Below are positions 11,680 through 23,830 of a stretch of DNA of 64,000 bases, piece after piece (the first letter of the stretch is position 1; each line of letters starts with the position of its first letter). This DNA comes from Mobula hypostoma. Lineage: Eukaryota. The notes under the pieces were generated by a model. The model had not been told where the DNA came from. It was given only the letters and a program-made list of their open reading frames with translations, and searched no databases. The stretch covers positions 141,424,001-141,488,000 of the forward strand of contig NC_086097.1 of the NCBI RefSeq assembly GCF_963921235.1. Direction: 5' to 3'. The translations under genes and the position numbers were made by a program.

Positions 11680-13952
11680 TTTTGAGAGGTTGTTCATGGT
11701 TAGATTGAACTCCTGCCTCAGCAAAGTCCTGAGCCCACTGCAGTTTGCCTATCAGCACAATAGGTCTACAGCGGATTCAAACTCAATGGCTTAGATCACT
11801 TGGACAAATCAAACACCTATATCAGGATGACTATAGCTCAGCGTTTAACACCATCATTCCCACAGTCCTGATCAATAAGTTACAGAACCTGGGCTTCTGT
11901 ACCTCTCTCCGCAATTGGATCCTCATCTTCCTAACCAGAAGACCAGAATATGTATGGATTGGTGATAATATCTCCTCCTTACTGACGATTAACATTGGTG
12001 CACTTTAGGGGTGTGTGCTTAGCCCACTGCTCCAGTCTCTCTATACCCACGACTGTGTGGCTAGACATAGCTCAAATACCATCTGTAAATTTGCTGATGA
12101 TACACCCATTGTTGGTAGAATCTCAGATGGAGATGAGAGGGTGTACAGGAGTGAGATATGCCAACTAGTGTAGTGGTGTTGCAGCAACAACCTGTCATTC
12201 AACTTCAGTAAGACGAAAGAGCTGATTGTGGACTTCAGGAAGGGTAAGACAAAGGAACACATACCAATCCTCATCGAGGGATCAGAAGTGGAGAGAGTGA
12301 GCAGTTTCAAGTTCCTGGGCTTCAAGATCTCTGAGGATCTAACTTGGTTCCAACATATTGATGCAGCCATAAAGAGGGCAAGACAGTGGTTATATTTCAT
12401 TAGGAGTTTTAAGAGATTTGTTTTGTCACTTAAAACACTCAAAAGCTTCTATAGATGTACCATCAAGAGCATTCTGACAGGCTGCATCACTGGCTGGTAT
12501 GGGGGGTGTGGGGGAAGGGGTGGCTACTGCACAGGACCAAATGAAGCTACAGAAAGTTGTAAAATTAGTCAGCTCCATCTTGGGTACTTACCTCCATAGT
12601 ATCCAAGATATCTTCAAGGAGAGGTGCCTTAGAGAGGCGATGTCCATTATTAAGGACCCCTATCACCCAGGGCATGCCCTCTTCCCATTGTTACCAGGTA
12701 CAGAAGCCTGAAGGCACACACTCAGCGACTCAGGAACAGCTTCTTCCCCTCTGCCATCTGATTCCTAAATGGAACATTGAACCCATGAACACTACCTCAC
12801 TTTTTTTAAATATATATTATTAACATTTCTGCACTATTTTTAATCTATTTAACACACACATATATATATATATATATATACCACTGTAATTGATTTACTT
12901 ATTTTTTTCTTTCTATACTATCATGTTTTGCATTGTACTACTGCTGCTGCTAAGTTATGTGCTCCACAGGGGACTGTCTTGTCTCCCTTTCTCTTCACCA
13001 TTTACACATCGGACTTCAACTACTGCACAGAGTCTTGTCATCTTCAGAAGTTTTCTGATGACTCTGCCATAGTTGGATGCATCAGCAAGGGAGATGAGCT
13101 GAGTACAGAGCTATGGTAGGAAACTTTGTCACATGGTGTGAGCAGAATTATCTGCAGCTTAATGTGAAAAAGACTAAGGAGCTGGTGGTAGACCTGAGGA
13201 GAGCTAAGGTACCGGTGATCCCTGTTTCCATCCAGGGGGTCAGTGTGGACATGGTGGAGGATTACAAATACCTGGGGATACGAATTGACAATAAACCGGA
13301 CTGGTCAAAGAACACTGAGGCTGTCTACAAGAGGGGTCAGTGTCGTCTCTATTTCCTGAGGAGACTGGGGTCCTTTAACATCTGCCGGACGATGCTGAGG
13401 ATGTTCTACGGGTCTGTGGTGGCCAGTGCTATCATGTTTGCTGTTGTGTGCTGGGGCAGCAGGCTGAGGGTAGCAGACACCAACAGAATCAACAAACTCA
13501 TTCGTAAGGCCAGTGATGTTGTGGGGATGGAACTGGACTCTCTGACGGTGGTGTCTGAAAAGAGGATGCTGTCCAAGTTGCATGCCATCTTGGACAATGT
13601 CTCCCATCCACTACATAATGGACTGGTTGGGCACAGGAGTACATTCAGCCAGAGACTTATTCCACCGAGATGCAACACAGAGCATCATAGGAGGTCATTC
13701 CTGCCTGTGGCCATCAAACTTTACAACTCCTCCCTTGGAGGGTCAGACACCCAGAGTCAATAGGCTGGTCCGGGACTTATTTCCTGGCATAATTTACATA
13801 TTACTATTTAACTATTTATGGTTTTATTACTATTTATTATTTATGGTGCAACTGTAACGAAAACCAATTTTCCCCGGGATCAATAAAGTATGACTATGAC
13901 TAAGTTAACAAATTTCACAGACATGCTGGTGATAATAAACCTGATTCTGATT
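11680..13952 (+). mobile_element. Rex1/Babar-type LINE (RT 3' part and tail), split by a nested insertion at 12958-13900
   Basis: [23 protein letters not shown] and DFRKGK...FKFLG motifs. The tail resumes at 13908 and matches the uninterrupted tail at 27550-27612. Confidence 0.85.
12958..13900 (+). mobile_element. Second Rex1/Babar-family LINE, 5'-truncated, nested in the tail of the first
   Basis: APQGTVLSPFLFTIYT...KFSDD and LNVKKTKELVVD...YKYLG...RLYFLRRL. AATAAA followed by a (TATGAC)n tail. TSD (C)TAAGTTA at 12950-12957 and 13900-13907. Confidence 0.9.
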
Positions 13953-13955
13953 AGC

Positions 13956-14045
13956 ACACACAAAATGCTGGAGGAACTCAGCAGACCAGGCAGCATCTAT
14001 GGTAAAAAAGTACAGTCGATGTTTCAGGCCGAAACCCTTCGGCAG
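13956..14045 (-). mobile_element. Short Penelope-like terminal fragment
   Basis: Homologous to 1917-2010. Flanked by 13-bp TSD GATTCTGATTAGC (13943-13955, 14046-14058). Confidence 0.75.
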
Positions 14046-14180
14046 GATTCTGATTAGCCTGGGCTCTACCCTTTGATATTTTTGGCATGGGTAACCCTAC
14101 CAAGAGCTAAAGCACAAAGCCCTGACTCCAACCAACATACCTCTCCAGCTCATTGAGGCATGCAAGTCTCCAAACTGTAA

Positions 14181-17100
14181 TGTAATGTGTGAGTATTCGT
14201 AGCGTCAGACTGCATATGACGTCAGGACGTGGAAAAAGGGTTTAAAAAATGGAAGTCTGGTGAATAAACGAGGTTGTTCAATCTACAGCGGTGTCCGAGT
14301 CACATCAATATTACATGGTGTCAGAAGTGGGATGTGAAAAATAAAAAGGAAGAGAGACACGTAAAGGATGTTACAGTTACAGCCACCGTCAAGTTTAAGC
14401 CTACAAGGTCATCTTGCTGAAAACAGGAAAATATGGATCCAGAAGTTTGAGCTGTTTTGCACCACTAGCGGCCTAGCTGAAAAGACGGAGAAAGTGCAGG
14501 GTGCTACGTTTCCGCACGTAGCGGGAGAAGAGGCAATAAACGTTTGCAACATGTTTGTCCTCCAAGATGATGCGCAAGATATAATTGAAGTGTTGAAAAA
14601 AAAGTTTCAAGATCACTGCGAACCGAGAAAAAATCTTACCTTCTTGTACTTTATTCTGCATTGTATCTTACAATACTAACAGCAGTGTATTTTCTTTTAC
14701 TAACATAGACTAATAAACCTTTCATTAGTCTCTGTCTCTAGCTGGAAGTTTGACTTGTCTCCCAGACTGTGTGTGATACAACTGTGACTGTGCTTGACCT
14801 TCATCCGTGTCAGTCTCTTGAGTGACCTCTGTGTCTTTGGGGTCTGCATCATTCTTAGTGTCGTTTGTTTCCATGTCTGTATCTGTGGAAATGTCCTGTG
14901 CACCTGTACGTGGAAACTCACTCTCGCCTGTCTTCAGCAGATGCTTCCTGTTCCTCCTGTAGACTCTTCCATCCGGCGTGCGAACTATGAAGGATCTTGG
15001 TTGCTGATGTCTGTTCACAACCACAACTGGTTGCCAAGTGTCTCCTCTCTGTACGCTGACATTTTCACCTGTATGCAGATCTGGCAACTGTCTTGTATGT
15101 CTGTCATAGTAGCTCTTTTGCTTTATTTGCTTGTACTTTTTCAAACTCGATCTTGTGTTTTTGACCTTTGTACACACAGGTGAGTGCTTTTTTGCCCAGT
15201 GGCGCTGTCTTGTGGCCGAAATATGCAACAAGCTTGCAGGTGGATTTTTCCAGTCTTCCTCTGATGTCCAGTGAGTTGAATGTTTCTGCCGACATTACAT
15301 TGCACTTTGCCCCAGTGTCAAACTTAAATGTCACTTTCCTCCTGTTTATTATCAGATCTTGGGTCGGATCATCTTCATCCTCCATCTCTGCATTGTCAAT
15401 ATTCTTGATGCATACCTCCTGTTCCACTTCAACTGTGCCAATGAACATGTCACTGTTGCCCTCACTCTGTTCCACAGCATGCATTTTCCTTGCTTGCTCC
15501 TTCGATCTGCACATCTTTGCAAAGTGATTTCTTTTCTGGCATAACTTGCATGTCTGACCAAATGTACATGGGTACATTTTCTGTACCCATGTTTATAACC
15601 ACATCTGTTGCAATTAACTTCCTTTTGATCATCCTGTGGAGCTGGCTTTGTCCTACTCTTGTTAGTTTTCACAGTTTTTTTTTTGTGCACTTCAATCTCC
15701 TCATTGAGCACTTTAAACTGACTTAACGTGATCTCGCTGGCACGGCAAACATCAATCGCCCTTTCTAATGTAAGATCCACCTCTCTCAATAGCCTGCCTC
15801 TCACTTGATCATCTCGTATGCCGCATACAATCCTGTCATGTGTTAAGGAATCATGCAGTGGCCCGAACTCACAGTCTTTTGCCTTGCTCTTCAAATCTGT
15901 TACGCAGGCGTCTATGGTCTCCGTTAGTCCTTGAGCCCTCGTAAAAAACCGGTGTCGGATGAAAACAAAAACAGCAATCCAAGAGAGCCTCTGCTTCCCC
16001 ACCCACTACCAGGAAGACCATGGGAGAAGATTGGCACAGATCGCTTTCACTACAATGGTACAGAATACCTGTTTTGTGTGGACTACTATTCGAAATATCC
16101 GGAGATCACCAAGTTAAATGACACGTCCAGTCGAGGTGTCATTACCGCGATGAAGTCATCATTTGCAAGACATGGTATTCCAGATATTGCCGTTAGTGAC
16201 AATGGTCCACAATATGCCAGTGGTGAGTTCAGAGGGTTCTCAGAAAGCTGGGAATTTCAACATGCTACTTCCAGTCCAGGGCACGCTCAGTCTAATGGAC
16301 AAGCAGAGAGAACTGTACAAACTGTCAAGAACATGCTCAAGAAGGCACAAAGCAGCAACAGTGACCCTTACATTCCTCTGCTTGAATACCGCAACACACC
16401 GATTGAGGGTGTGGGGTTCTCTCCTGATGGGACGTCGTCTGAAGTCCAAACTGCCAACATCCACAACTCTACTGACTCCTGAAGGTAATGCTCACGTACA
16501 TGACAAGCAAAAGTACAAGCAAATAAACCAAAAGAGCTACTATGACAGACGTACAAGACAGTTGCCAGATCTGCATACAGGTGAAAATGTCAGAATACAG
16601 AGAGGGGATACTTGGCAACTAGCTGTGGTTGTGAACAGACATCAGCAACCAAGATCCTTCATAGTTCGCACGCCGGATGGAAGAGTCTACAGTAGGAACA
16701 GGAAGCATCTGCTGAAGACAGGCGAGAGTGAGTTTCCACGGACAGATGCACAAGACATTTCCACGGATACAGACATGGAAACAAACGACACTAAGAATGA
16801 TGCAGACCACAAAGACACAGAGGTCACTCAAGAGACTGACACGGATGAAGGACAAGCACAGTCACAGTTGTATCACACACAGTCTGGGAGACAAGTCAAA
16901 CTTCCAGCTAGATACAGAGACTAATGAAAGGTTTATTAGTCTATGTTAGTAAAAGAAAATACACTGCTGTTAGTATTGTAAGATACAATGCAGAATACAG
17001 TACAAGGTAAGATTTTTTTAGTTTATGTCATAGTTGTTGCACTGTAAGAAGGGCATACCTAGAGGCATTGTTTTGGTAATTCACAGTGTTGTAAAAAAAA

Positions 17101-17252
17101 TCTTGAGAAGGGGAAGGGGTATTGTGTGAGTATTCGTAGCGTCAGAGTGCGTATGACGTCAGGACGTGGAAAAAGGATTTTAAAAATGGAAGTCTGGTGA
17201 ATAAACGAGGTTGTTCAATCTACAGCGGTGTCCGAGTCACATCAATATTATA
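14181..17252 (+). mobile_element. Gypsy/Ty3 LTR retrotransposon, internally deleted and rearranged
   Basis: 135-bp LTRs at 14181-14315 (TGTAAT...ATTACA) and 17118-17252, 7 mismatches by manual comparison. PBS TGGTGTCAGAAGTGGGAT at 14316-14333 and PPT at 17105-17117. Gag with CNRCGYKH knuckle, protease KFDTGAKCN and integrase core VDYYSKY..SDNGPQY..QSNGQAER. Confidence 0.93.
14316..14333 (+). other. Primer-binding site, tRNA-Leu type
   Basis: TGG-initiated 18-mer directly after the 5' LTR. Complementary to the 3' end of a vertebrate tRNA-Leu as recalled, not checked. Confidence 0.7.
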
Positions 17253-17279
17253 TCAACAAGGTTGTGGTCCTCTTGGAGG

Positions 17280-18800
17280 TTTTCACTGTCCACAACACCA
17301 CAATCTTGGTGTCATGTGCAAATCTACTCAGCATGCCAACTATGTTCTCATCAAAATTGTTAATATACATGACAAACAACAGGGGGTCCCACACTGATCC
17401 CTGTGTCACACCATTGGTCACAGCTTGAATCTCAGAAACAATCCTCCAGTACTTCACTCTGCCTCTTACCATAAAACCATCTTCTATCCAATTGGCCTGC
17501 TCAATTAGTTTGAAGGTAGTGATGGAAAAGTATAGGGCAGGTCCACAAGTTAGGGTACTGAACTGGAGCAGGGCTAATTTAGGAGGAATTAGACTCAATC
17601 TAGAAGAGGTTGATTGGATGAGCCTGTTCAAAGGGAAAGTAACAAGTAGCAAGTGGGAAGCTTGGTATATCATTTGCCAAGTGTCCAGGATCCTATGAAA
17701 CCTAACTATCCAGACTGGATTTGATTTATTGTTGTCACATGTACTGAGATACAGTGAAAAACTTGAGCAACACACAATTTAAAACATCAGCTGGTTATTC
17801 CCCTCCATAGGTGCTGCCTGACATGCTGAGTTCATCTGGCATTTTGTGTGCATAGCTCAGGGTTTCCAGCATCAGCAGAAACTCTTGTGTTTATAGTGAA
17901 AAGCTTGTCTTGCGTACTGATCATACAGAACAGACCATTTACACAGTGCATTGAGATAGAACAAAGTAAAACAATAAGAGAATGCAGAATAAAGTGTAAC
18001 AGCTACAGAGAAAGTGCAGTGCTGGTTAACGATAAGGTTCAAGATTGTAACGATCTCCCTTATCGTAACTTCTAGGATTCTCCAAAACCTTATGTCCTAG
18101 GGAAATCTCATGACTTTTTTTTTACCCTTCTGGTTTCTTTTTTAAATATCCCTTATACTCTTCAAGGAAATCGCTTCATGCTGGCTGCCTATATCAGATA
18201 TGCCTCCTTCTTCTTCCTGATTGAGGTCTCAATATCTAACCCCATATACAAGCTTATAGCTGATACCACTGTAGTAGTCTGTATCTTAGACAATGACGAT
18301 TCAGAGTACAGGACGAGGTAGAGAGCTTAGTGAACCTTACCTGCCAAAAAGATCCCATACCCTCTTTTTGAACTCCTGATTTCTCTGTTATGAGTGTTCC
18401 TAATCTATGTTATAGCCATCAAGGGGTTTGCTCAATCCTTACCTCCTAATTCCAATGTATACTTCCTTATGTTTCTTTACTAGAGCCTTAATATCTCTCA
18501 TCAGCCAAGGTTCCCAAATCTTGCAGGTTTACCTTTCACCCTACCAGGAACATGCTGCTCCTGGACACTTGGCATATGATATACCAAGCTTCCCACTCGT
18601 TACTTGTTACTTTCCCTTTGAACAGGCTCATCCAATCAACCTCTTCGAGATTGAGTCTAATTCCTCCTAAATTAGCCCTGCTCCAGTTCAGTACCCTAAC
18701 CTGTGGACCTGCCCTATACTTTTCCATCACTACCTTCAAACTAATTGAAATATGATCACTGGAGCCAAAGTCCTTCCTGACTGCCACTTCAGTTCCATCA
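17280..18800 (-). mobile_element. Decayed CR1 fragments with interspersed Penelope/Rex tails and an inverted duplicate (17501-17690)
   Basis: AVTNGVTQGSVWDPLLFVMYIN...SRFAHDTK and GSSDHISIS...VLNWSRAN CR1 ORF2 motifs. Confidence 0.7.
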
Positions 18801-18839
18801 GTTCCATGCCCTGCCTAATTCTCTGATGTTATCAGTGAC

Positions 18840-19160
18840 TACTATTTGTTGTTCAGTCATTAAGTTGAGTCCAAGTCTTTGTGACCTCATGGACTCCTTC
18901 TTGCCTATCTAAGATCCCCCAAGGTCATACGCAGTGTCTGAGTAATATTATCTGTCCATTGTAGCCTCTGTCATCCTCTCCTTCTTTTACCTTCTGTTTT
19001 ACCTAACATGAGCGTCTTCTCCAAGGAGCCCTGTCTTCTCATGATGTGGCCAAAATATCTGAGCTTTTGTCTCATAATCAAGCCTCCTAGTGAGCACTCT
19101 GGCTGTATTTCTTCAAGTATTGACTTGTTGGATCTTCTTGCTCTTCAACGAGCTCTTATT
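18840..19160 (-). mobile_element. RTE-clade LINE 3' fragment
   Basis: Minus strand reads as ...YFGHIMRRQGSLEKTLMLGKTEGKRRRG..., typical of the RTE ORF C-terminus. Confidence 0.65.
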
Positions 19161-19313
19161 ACTTTCTACTTTCGACTCCTATGCTGTAGTTATAATGAGA
19201 TAGGAACAAGAGCTCTACAGAGAGAGAAACATGCACAGGTTTCTTGTGACCAGTGATCCCCAGTGTAAATTTTCTGGCACAATTAGTTTTCTCTCCCTTT
19301 AATTCTAGATTCA

Positions 19314-19621
19314 TGTGGGCGTGTGGCCAAGTAGTTAAGGCATTCATTTAGTGATCTGAAGGTCGCTAGTTCGAGCCTCAGCTGAGGCAGCATGTTGAGT
19401 CCTTGAGCAAGGCACTTAACCACACATTGCTCTGCGACGACACCGGTGCCAAGCTGTATCGGCCCTAGTGCCCTTGGACAACATCGGTGGCGTGGAGAGG
19501 GGAAACTTGCAGCATGGGCAACTACCGGTCTTCCATACAACCTTGCCCAGGCCTGCACCCTGGAAACCTTCCAACGAGCAAATTCATGGTCTCACGAGAC
19601 TAACAGATGCCTATTCTATTC
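19314..19621 (+). mobile_element. tRNA-derived SINE with CORE-like central domain
   Basis: A box TGGCCAAGTAGTTAAGG, B box AGTTCGAGCC and CCTTGAGCAAGGCACTTAACC. 13-bp TSD AATTCTAGATTCA (19301-19313, 19622-19634). Confidence 0.85.
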
Positions 19622-19823
19622 AATTCTAGATTCAAAAAAGCACCAAGGAGTTAAATAAAATAGTCCTGGACTGGTTCTCCAAATGGAAATGGTGGCGTAC
19701 TGGTAATAATTACTGGACTAATAATCCAAAGACAGACATTCATGACCCAGCTTTTAAATTCAACTAAGTAAATAACTAAATTACATAAACAAGACTGTTG
19801 GAGAAAACCGGATTCTTGTAAAT

Positions 19824-19903
19824 CAGGAATTTCCAACTTTTTTTACGCCATGGGCCGATAGCATTAAGCAAGGGGCCTGTGAACCCCAGGTGGCAAAGCC
19901 CTG
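19824..19903. mobile_element. 80-bp hAT-type MITE
   Basis: CAGG...CCTG termini and near-identical 8-bp TSD TTGTAAAT/CTGTAAAT. Confidence 0.6.
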
Positions 19904-20202
19904 CTGTAAATTAAACATCTGGTTTACTCATCTTCTTTAGGGAAAATAAATCTGCTGTTCTTACCCACTCTTTACGAGGCAGTAAACTCACAACAATGTA
20001 ATCAACAACTCCAGGACAGTCATTCATTCAAGCAGAATGTAAATTAAACTGGATGAATAGCTCACCATCAGCCAATGAACTAAATTAAGACATTACAGAA
20101 TTGCATCCTAGTTTATTGGCCTTGCAAAGTTCTCATGATCATTTGAGGGAGAAATGTCATACCAACAAATCAAACACTAGCCAAACAAAGACAAAGCCCC
20201 AC

Positions 20203-21098
20203 TCTCAGCTTTCCACAGGGGTCACTTTCTTTGTGAATACCTTGTCCATCTGTCGCTCCCCACTGACCTCCCTCCCGACACTTATCTCTGCAAGCTGGGC
20301 AAGTGCTGCACCTGCCCCTTCACCTCTTCCCTCACTACCATTCAGGGTCTCAAACAGCTTGTCTAGGCGAGGCACCACCTCCATCAAGTCTGTCAGGGGC
20401 ATCTAATATAGTGCTCCCAGTGTAACCTCCTCTGCTTCAGTGAGACTCGACGTAAATTAGGGGACGATTTTGTTGAGCAGTTTTGTTCCACCTGCAACAG
20501 GCGCTACCCATTTTGATTCTCCTTCTCATTCCCTTTCCAACATGTTGGACTATGGTCTCCTCTACTGCCATGATAAAGTCACTCTCAGGTTGAAGGTACA
20601 ACACATCATATTCTATCTGGGTAGCCTCCAACCTGGTGGCATGAACATTGATTTCTCTACTTTCTTCCCCCTCCCCCTTCTTCCATTCTCTGTTCTCTGT
20701 TACCCCTTCTCTTCTCCTCACCTGCCTATCATCTCCTTAGGGTGCTCTCCTCCTTCCCTATCCTCCATGGTCCACTCACCTCTCCAATTAGATTCCTCCT
20801 TCTTCAGTCTTTTACCTTTTCCACCAATCATCTCCAAGCTTAATATTTCATCACCTTTCTCCCACACTTGGCTTCACCTATCACAAGCCAGCTTGTACCC
20901 CTCTCCAGCAATCCCCCTCCCACCCCCGCCTTATTATTCTGGCTACTTCCTCCTTCTTTTTCAGTCCTGATGAAGAGTCTCGGGCTGAAGTGTCGGCCGT
21001 TTATTCCTCCCCATGGATGGTGCTTGACCTGCTGAGTTCCTCCAGCATCTTGTGTGTGTCACTCTGGATTTCCAGCATCTGCAGAATCTCTTGTGTTT
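20203..21098 (+). mobile_element. Penelope-like retroelement 3' portion (GIY-YIG region and terminal repeat)
   Basis: ATHFDSPSHS...GLLYCH...RLKVQHIIFYLGSLQPGGMNIDFS resembles the PLE endonuclease C-terminus. Followed by a pyrimidine tract and the CTGATGA-containing terminal repeat. Confidence 0.8.
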
Positions 21099-22879
21099 AA
21101 AGATACATTCTGGACTCATCTAACGTGAACCCAAAGGATGCACAGTACAAGTGGTAGCAGAAGGTCACCCCGGGAGTCTTGAACACCCCATGGTTTCCAC
21201 ACCACCATTGATAAATTGCTATGACCTGAACCCCCACTATGATAGCCCCATTTGCTCTCACTTTCCCAACTTAATTGGATCCTATCCCTGCATTCTCCAA
21301 CTGGTGTAGCCCCAATCTCCAGTTTAATAGCCCAGAACATTGTTCCATCTTTACCAAATACCTCCCTACCCACCGTCATGCCCATTCTGACAGTTCACTC
21401 TAGGTCTTCGTATTTTCATTACCTAACAATTTGCTGATATGTTGAAGGTGTGGTAGGTCCTCAGAAAAATTAGTCTACTTCCAGTCATGTTACTGGAATA
21501 AATTTACATGATATGGAATTACTGTTAAACTTATTGCAGCCCTTAAGCATAGAATGAATCTATCCTTGAAACCTCCGAGCCTTGGATGCATTTTGCTGTA
21601 TATAATCTGTCCAGACATGCTTATTCCAACATTTGAGCATTCTAAGTCTTTATGTTCCTCTTGGAACAACCTTTCAATTTCTGTTACCTGGAAATCTGCT
21701 CCTCTGGCACCAGCAAGTTTCTATGAAGGAATCACTGTGTTCCTGATGTCAGGTTATTCTTTTCAAATAAAACTGTCTGTGGATTGACTGAGTGCCACAA
21801 AATACCTCACCTGGTTATAAATCTCGTGCTGTTTGCAGCTGTAGCTGAGATTGACATACTCATCATCACAATCTCCAAAGCCAGCTTCATTTCGAAAAGG
21901 AAAACTTATTTTGCTCCAAGCACTGTTGCTATAAATCATGCACCGTTCTGTTTTCCAATCATAGTAGGTAATTGCTGTACATAATGTGCATTGGTTGAAA
22001 GTTGTTTATATTTGTCCACAGAAGATCCAAATAAAAATGTATTCACTCATTAAGACAGCACTGGATTTATAACTAATTTACTAACTTATGTGTTTCTTGC
22101 CCTGCAACTAAAATATACAACAATATCAACAGAATTTAACAGAGAAGAATTGAACTATTCTTCTGGAAGAACAATTCCACTTAGTTTCCCCATGATTTGT
22201 TTACTTTTGCTAACATCCATTTTCCACAACCTCTTAGTTGTCTCAAAATTAACACCACCTTACTGTTATATCCAAATATGATTATGGACTGACCATTAAA
22301 AACCATTCAGTTTTTCTAAGAAATCTGTAGCCAGACCCAAGATCAGAACTTATCACTAAGTTGTTATTTTATACTTAACATTAAAGTGGTCCGAGTGGAA
22401 TGTCAGGGTCTGCAAAGCGGCTGCAAAGAATATGAATGGGCCTCATCCTGGAGTTACCAATAACCTTGACAGAGGCAGATTTAGTCCCAGTGCTACTGAC
22501 AGGCTGCCTGCATCTGAGAGGGTTGACCTGTAGGTGTGCTTGACTTGTCAATTTGATAGGAGTGCATGATGTGAACTGTCTGTGGCAGCACTGCCGATGG
22601 ATACGAGTTATTCACTACCATGCCTCAGGGCAATTATACAGCAAGGTACAAATGAATACTGCAAAATTCTTCTGCCATTGTCTGCTAACAAGAGTCAATT
22701 CACGTCTGTTTTAGAAGTGACTTCCCAAGTGCTTGGTGGTCGCAGAGCACCCGATTAGATTAAAGGCAGATATCCACACACTATTATGGGCCTCTGTTCC
22801 GAGGTGTTCTGAAAAGTTACAGACCGCCACGATGATGGTGACACAGAGTTTATAACTAGTACTCTTGTGGTATTTAGAG

Positions 22880-23830
22880 TTCAAGGTTCAAGATTGTTTA
22901 ATGATATTTTCTGTACACACATGTAAAGGAGAACAAAATAATTGTTACTCTGGAACAAAAAAAAACACAAAAGATAAAGAACACAACAATAATAATAATA
23001 ATAACAACACTATAAATACATTAAGATAGCTTATATTGTTGTCCATAAAGTGACACTAGGCTGTACGCAATGTGACGAACAGGAAATTATAAAGTAGCGG
23101 TGGAGATGTTGATCAGCCTTACTGCTTGGGGAAAGTACCTGTCTTTGAGTCTGGTGGCCCTGGTGTGGATGTTATGTAGCTTCCCCTCTGATGTGAGTGG
23201 GATCCTTCATGACGTTACTGGCCCTTTTCTGGCACTTTTCTGTGTATATGTCCTTGATGGCGGGTCCACTGGTGCCAGTGATGCTTTGGCCAGTTTTGAC
23301 TGCCCGTTGAGGAGCCTTCCCGTTCGCCGCAGTGCAGCTTCCGTGCCAAGCAGTGATGCAACTTGTCCGGATGTTCTCTACCATACATCCGCAGAACGCT
23401 GTTAGAATGGATGAGCAAAGTCCAGCTCTCTTCAGCCCCCTCGGACTGACTTTGTAGGATGTGTCCTGGAACCATGAGAAGGTTGTTAGTGAAGAGCACT
23501 CCCAGGGGTTTAAAACTGCTTGCAGTTTCCAGTGCTGTGCCACTGACGTAGAGGGGGAATGTGGGCTCTCCTGAAATCGATAACATTTCCTTTGTTTTGT
23601 TGACATTAAGGAAGGAATTATTTGCCTGGCACCAGGTGTCGAGCTCTTCCACCTCCTCTCTGTCGGCTGCCTCATCGCGGTTGGTGATGAGCCCCACCAC
23701 TGTGGTGTCATCGGCGAACTGGATAACGTGATTGCTCAGGTGTTTGACTGCACGGTCATGTGTGAGCAGAGTGAACAGCAGTGGGCTCAGCACATATCCT
23801 TTGGGGTCCGTGTTGAGGGTGATGGGGAGG
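22880..23830 (-). mobile_element. Rex1/Babar-type LINE 3' fragment
   Basis: PKGYVLSPLLFTLLTHD...QFADDTTVVGLI...LNVNKTKEM; tail with TTGAAC repeats at the left end. Confidence 0.85.

Noticed and set aside
14171..17262. Target-site duplication around the Gypsy element
   Set aside because: The flanks (GTAA and TCAA) do not match convincingly, so no TSD is claimed.
19314..19390. tRNA-like sequence with A and B boxes
   Set aside because: It is the head of a TSD-flanked SINE, not a tRNA gene; the same applies to the copies at 8.7, 29.1 and 35.3 kb.
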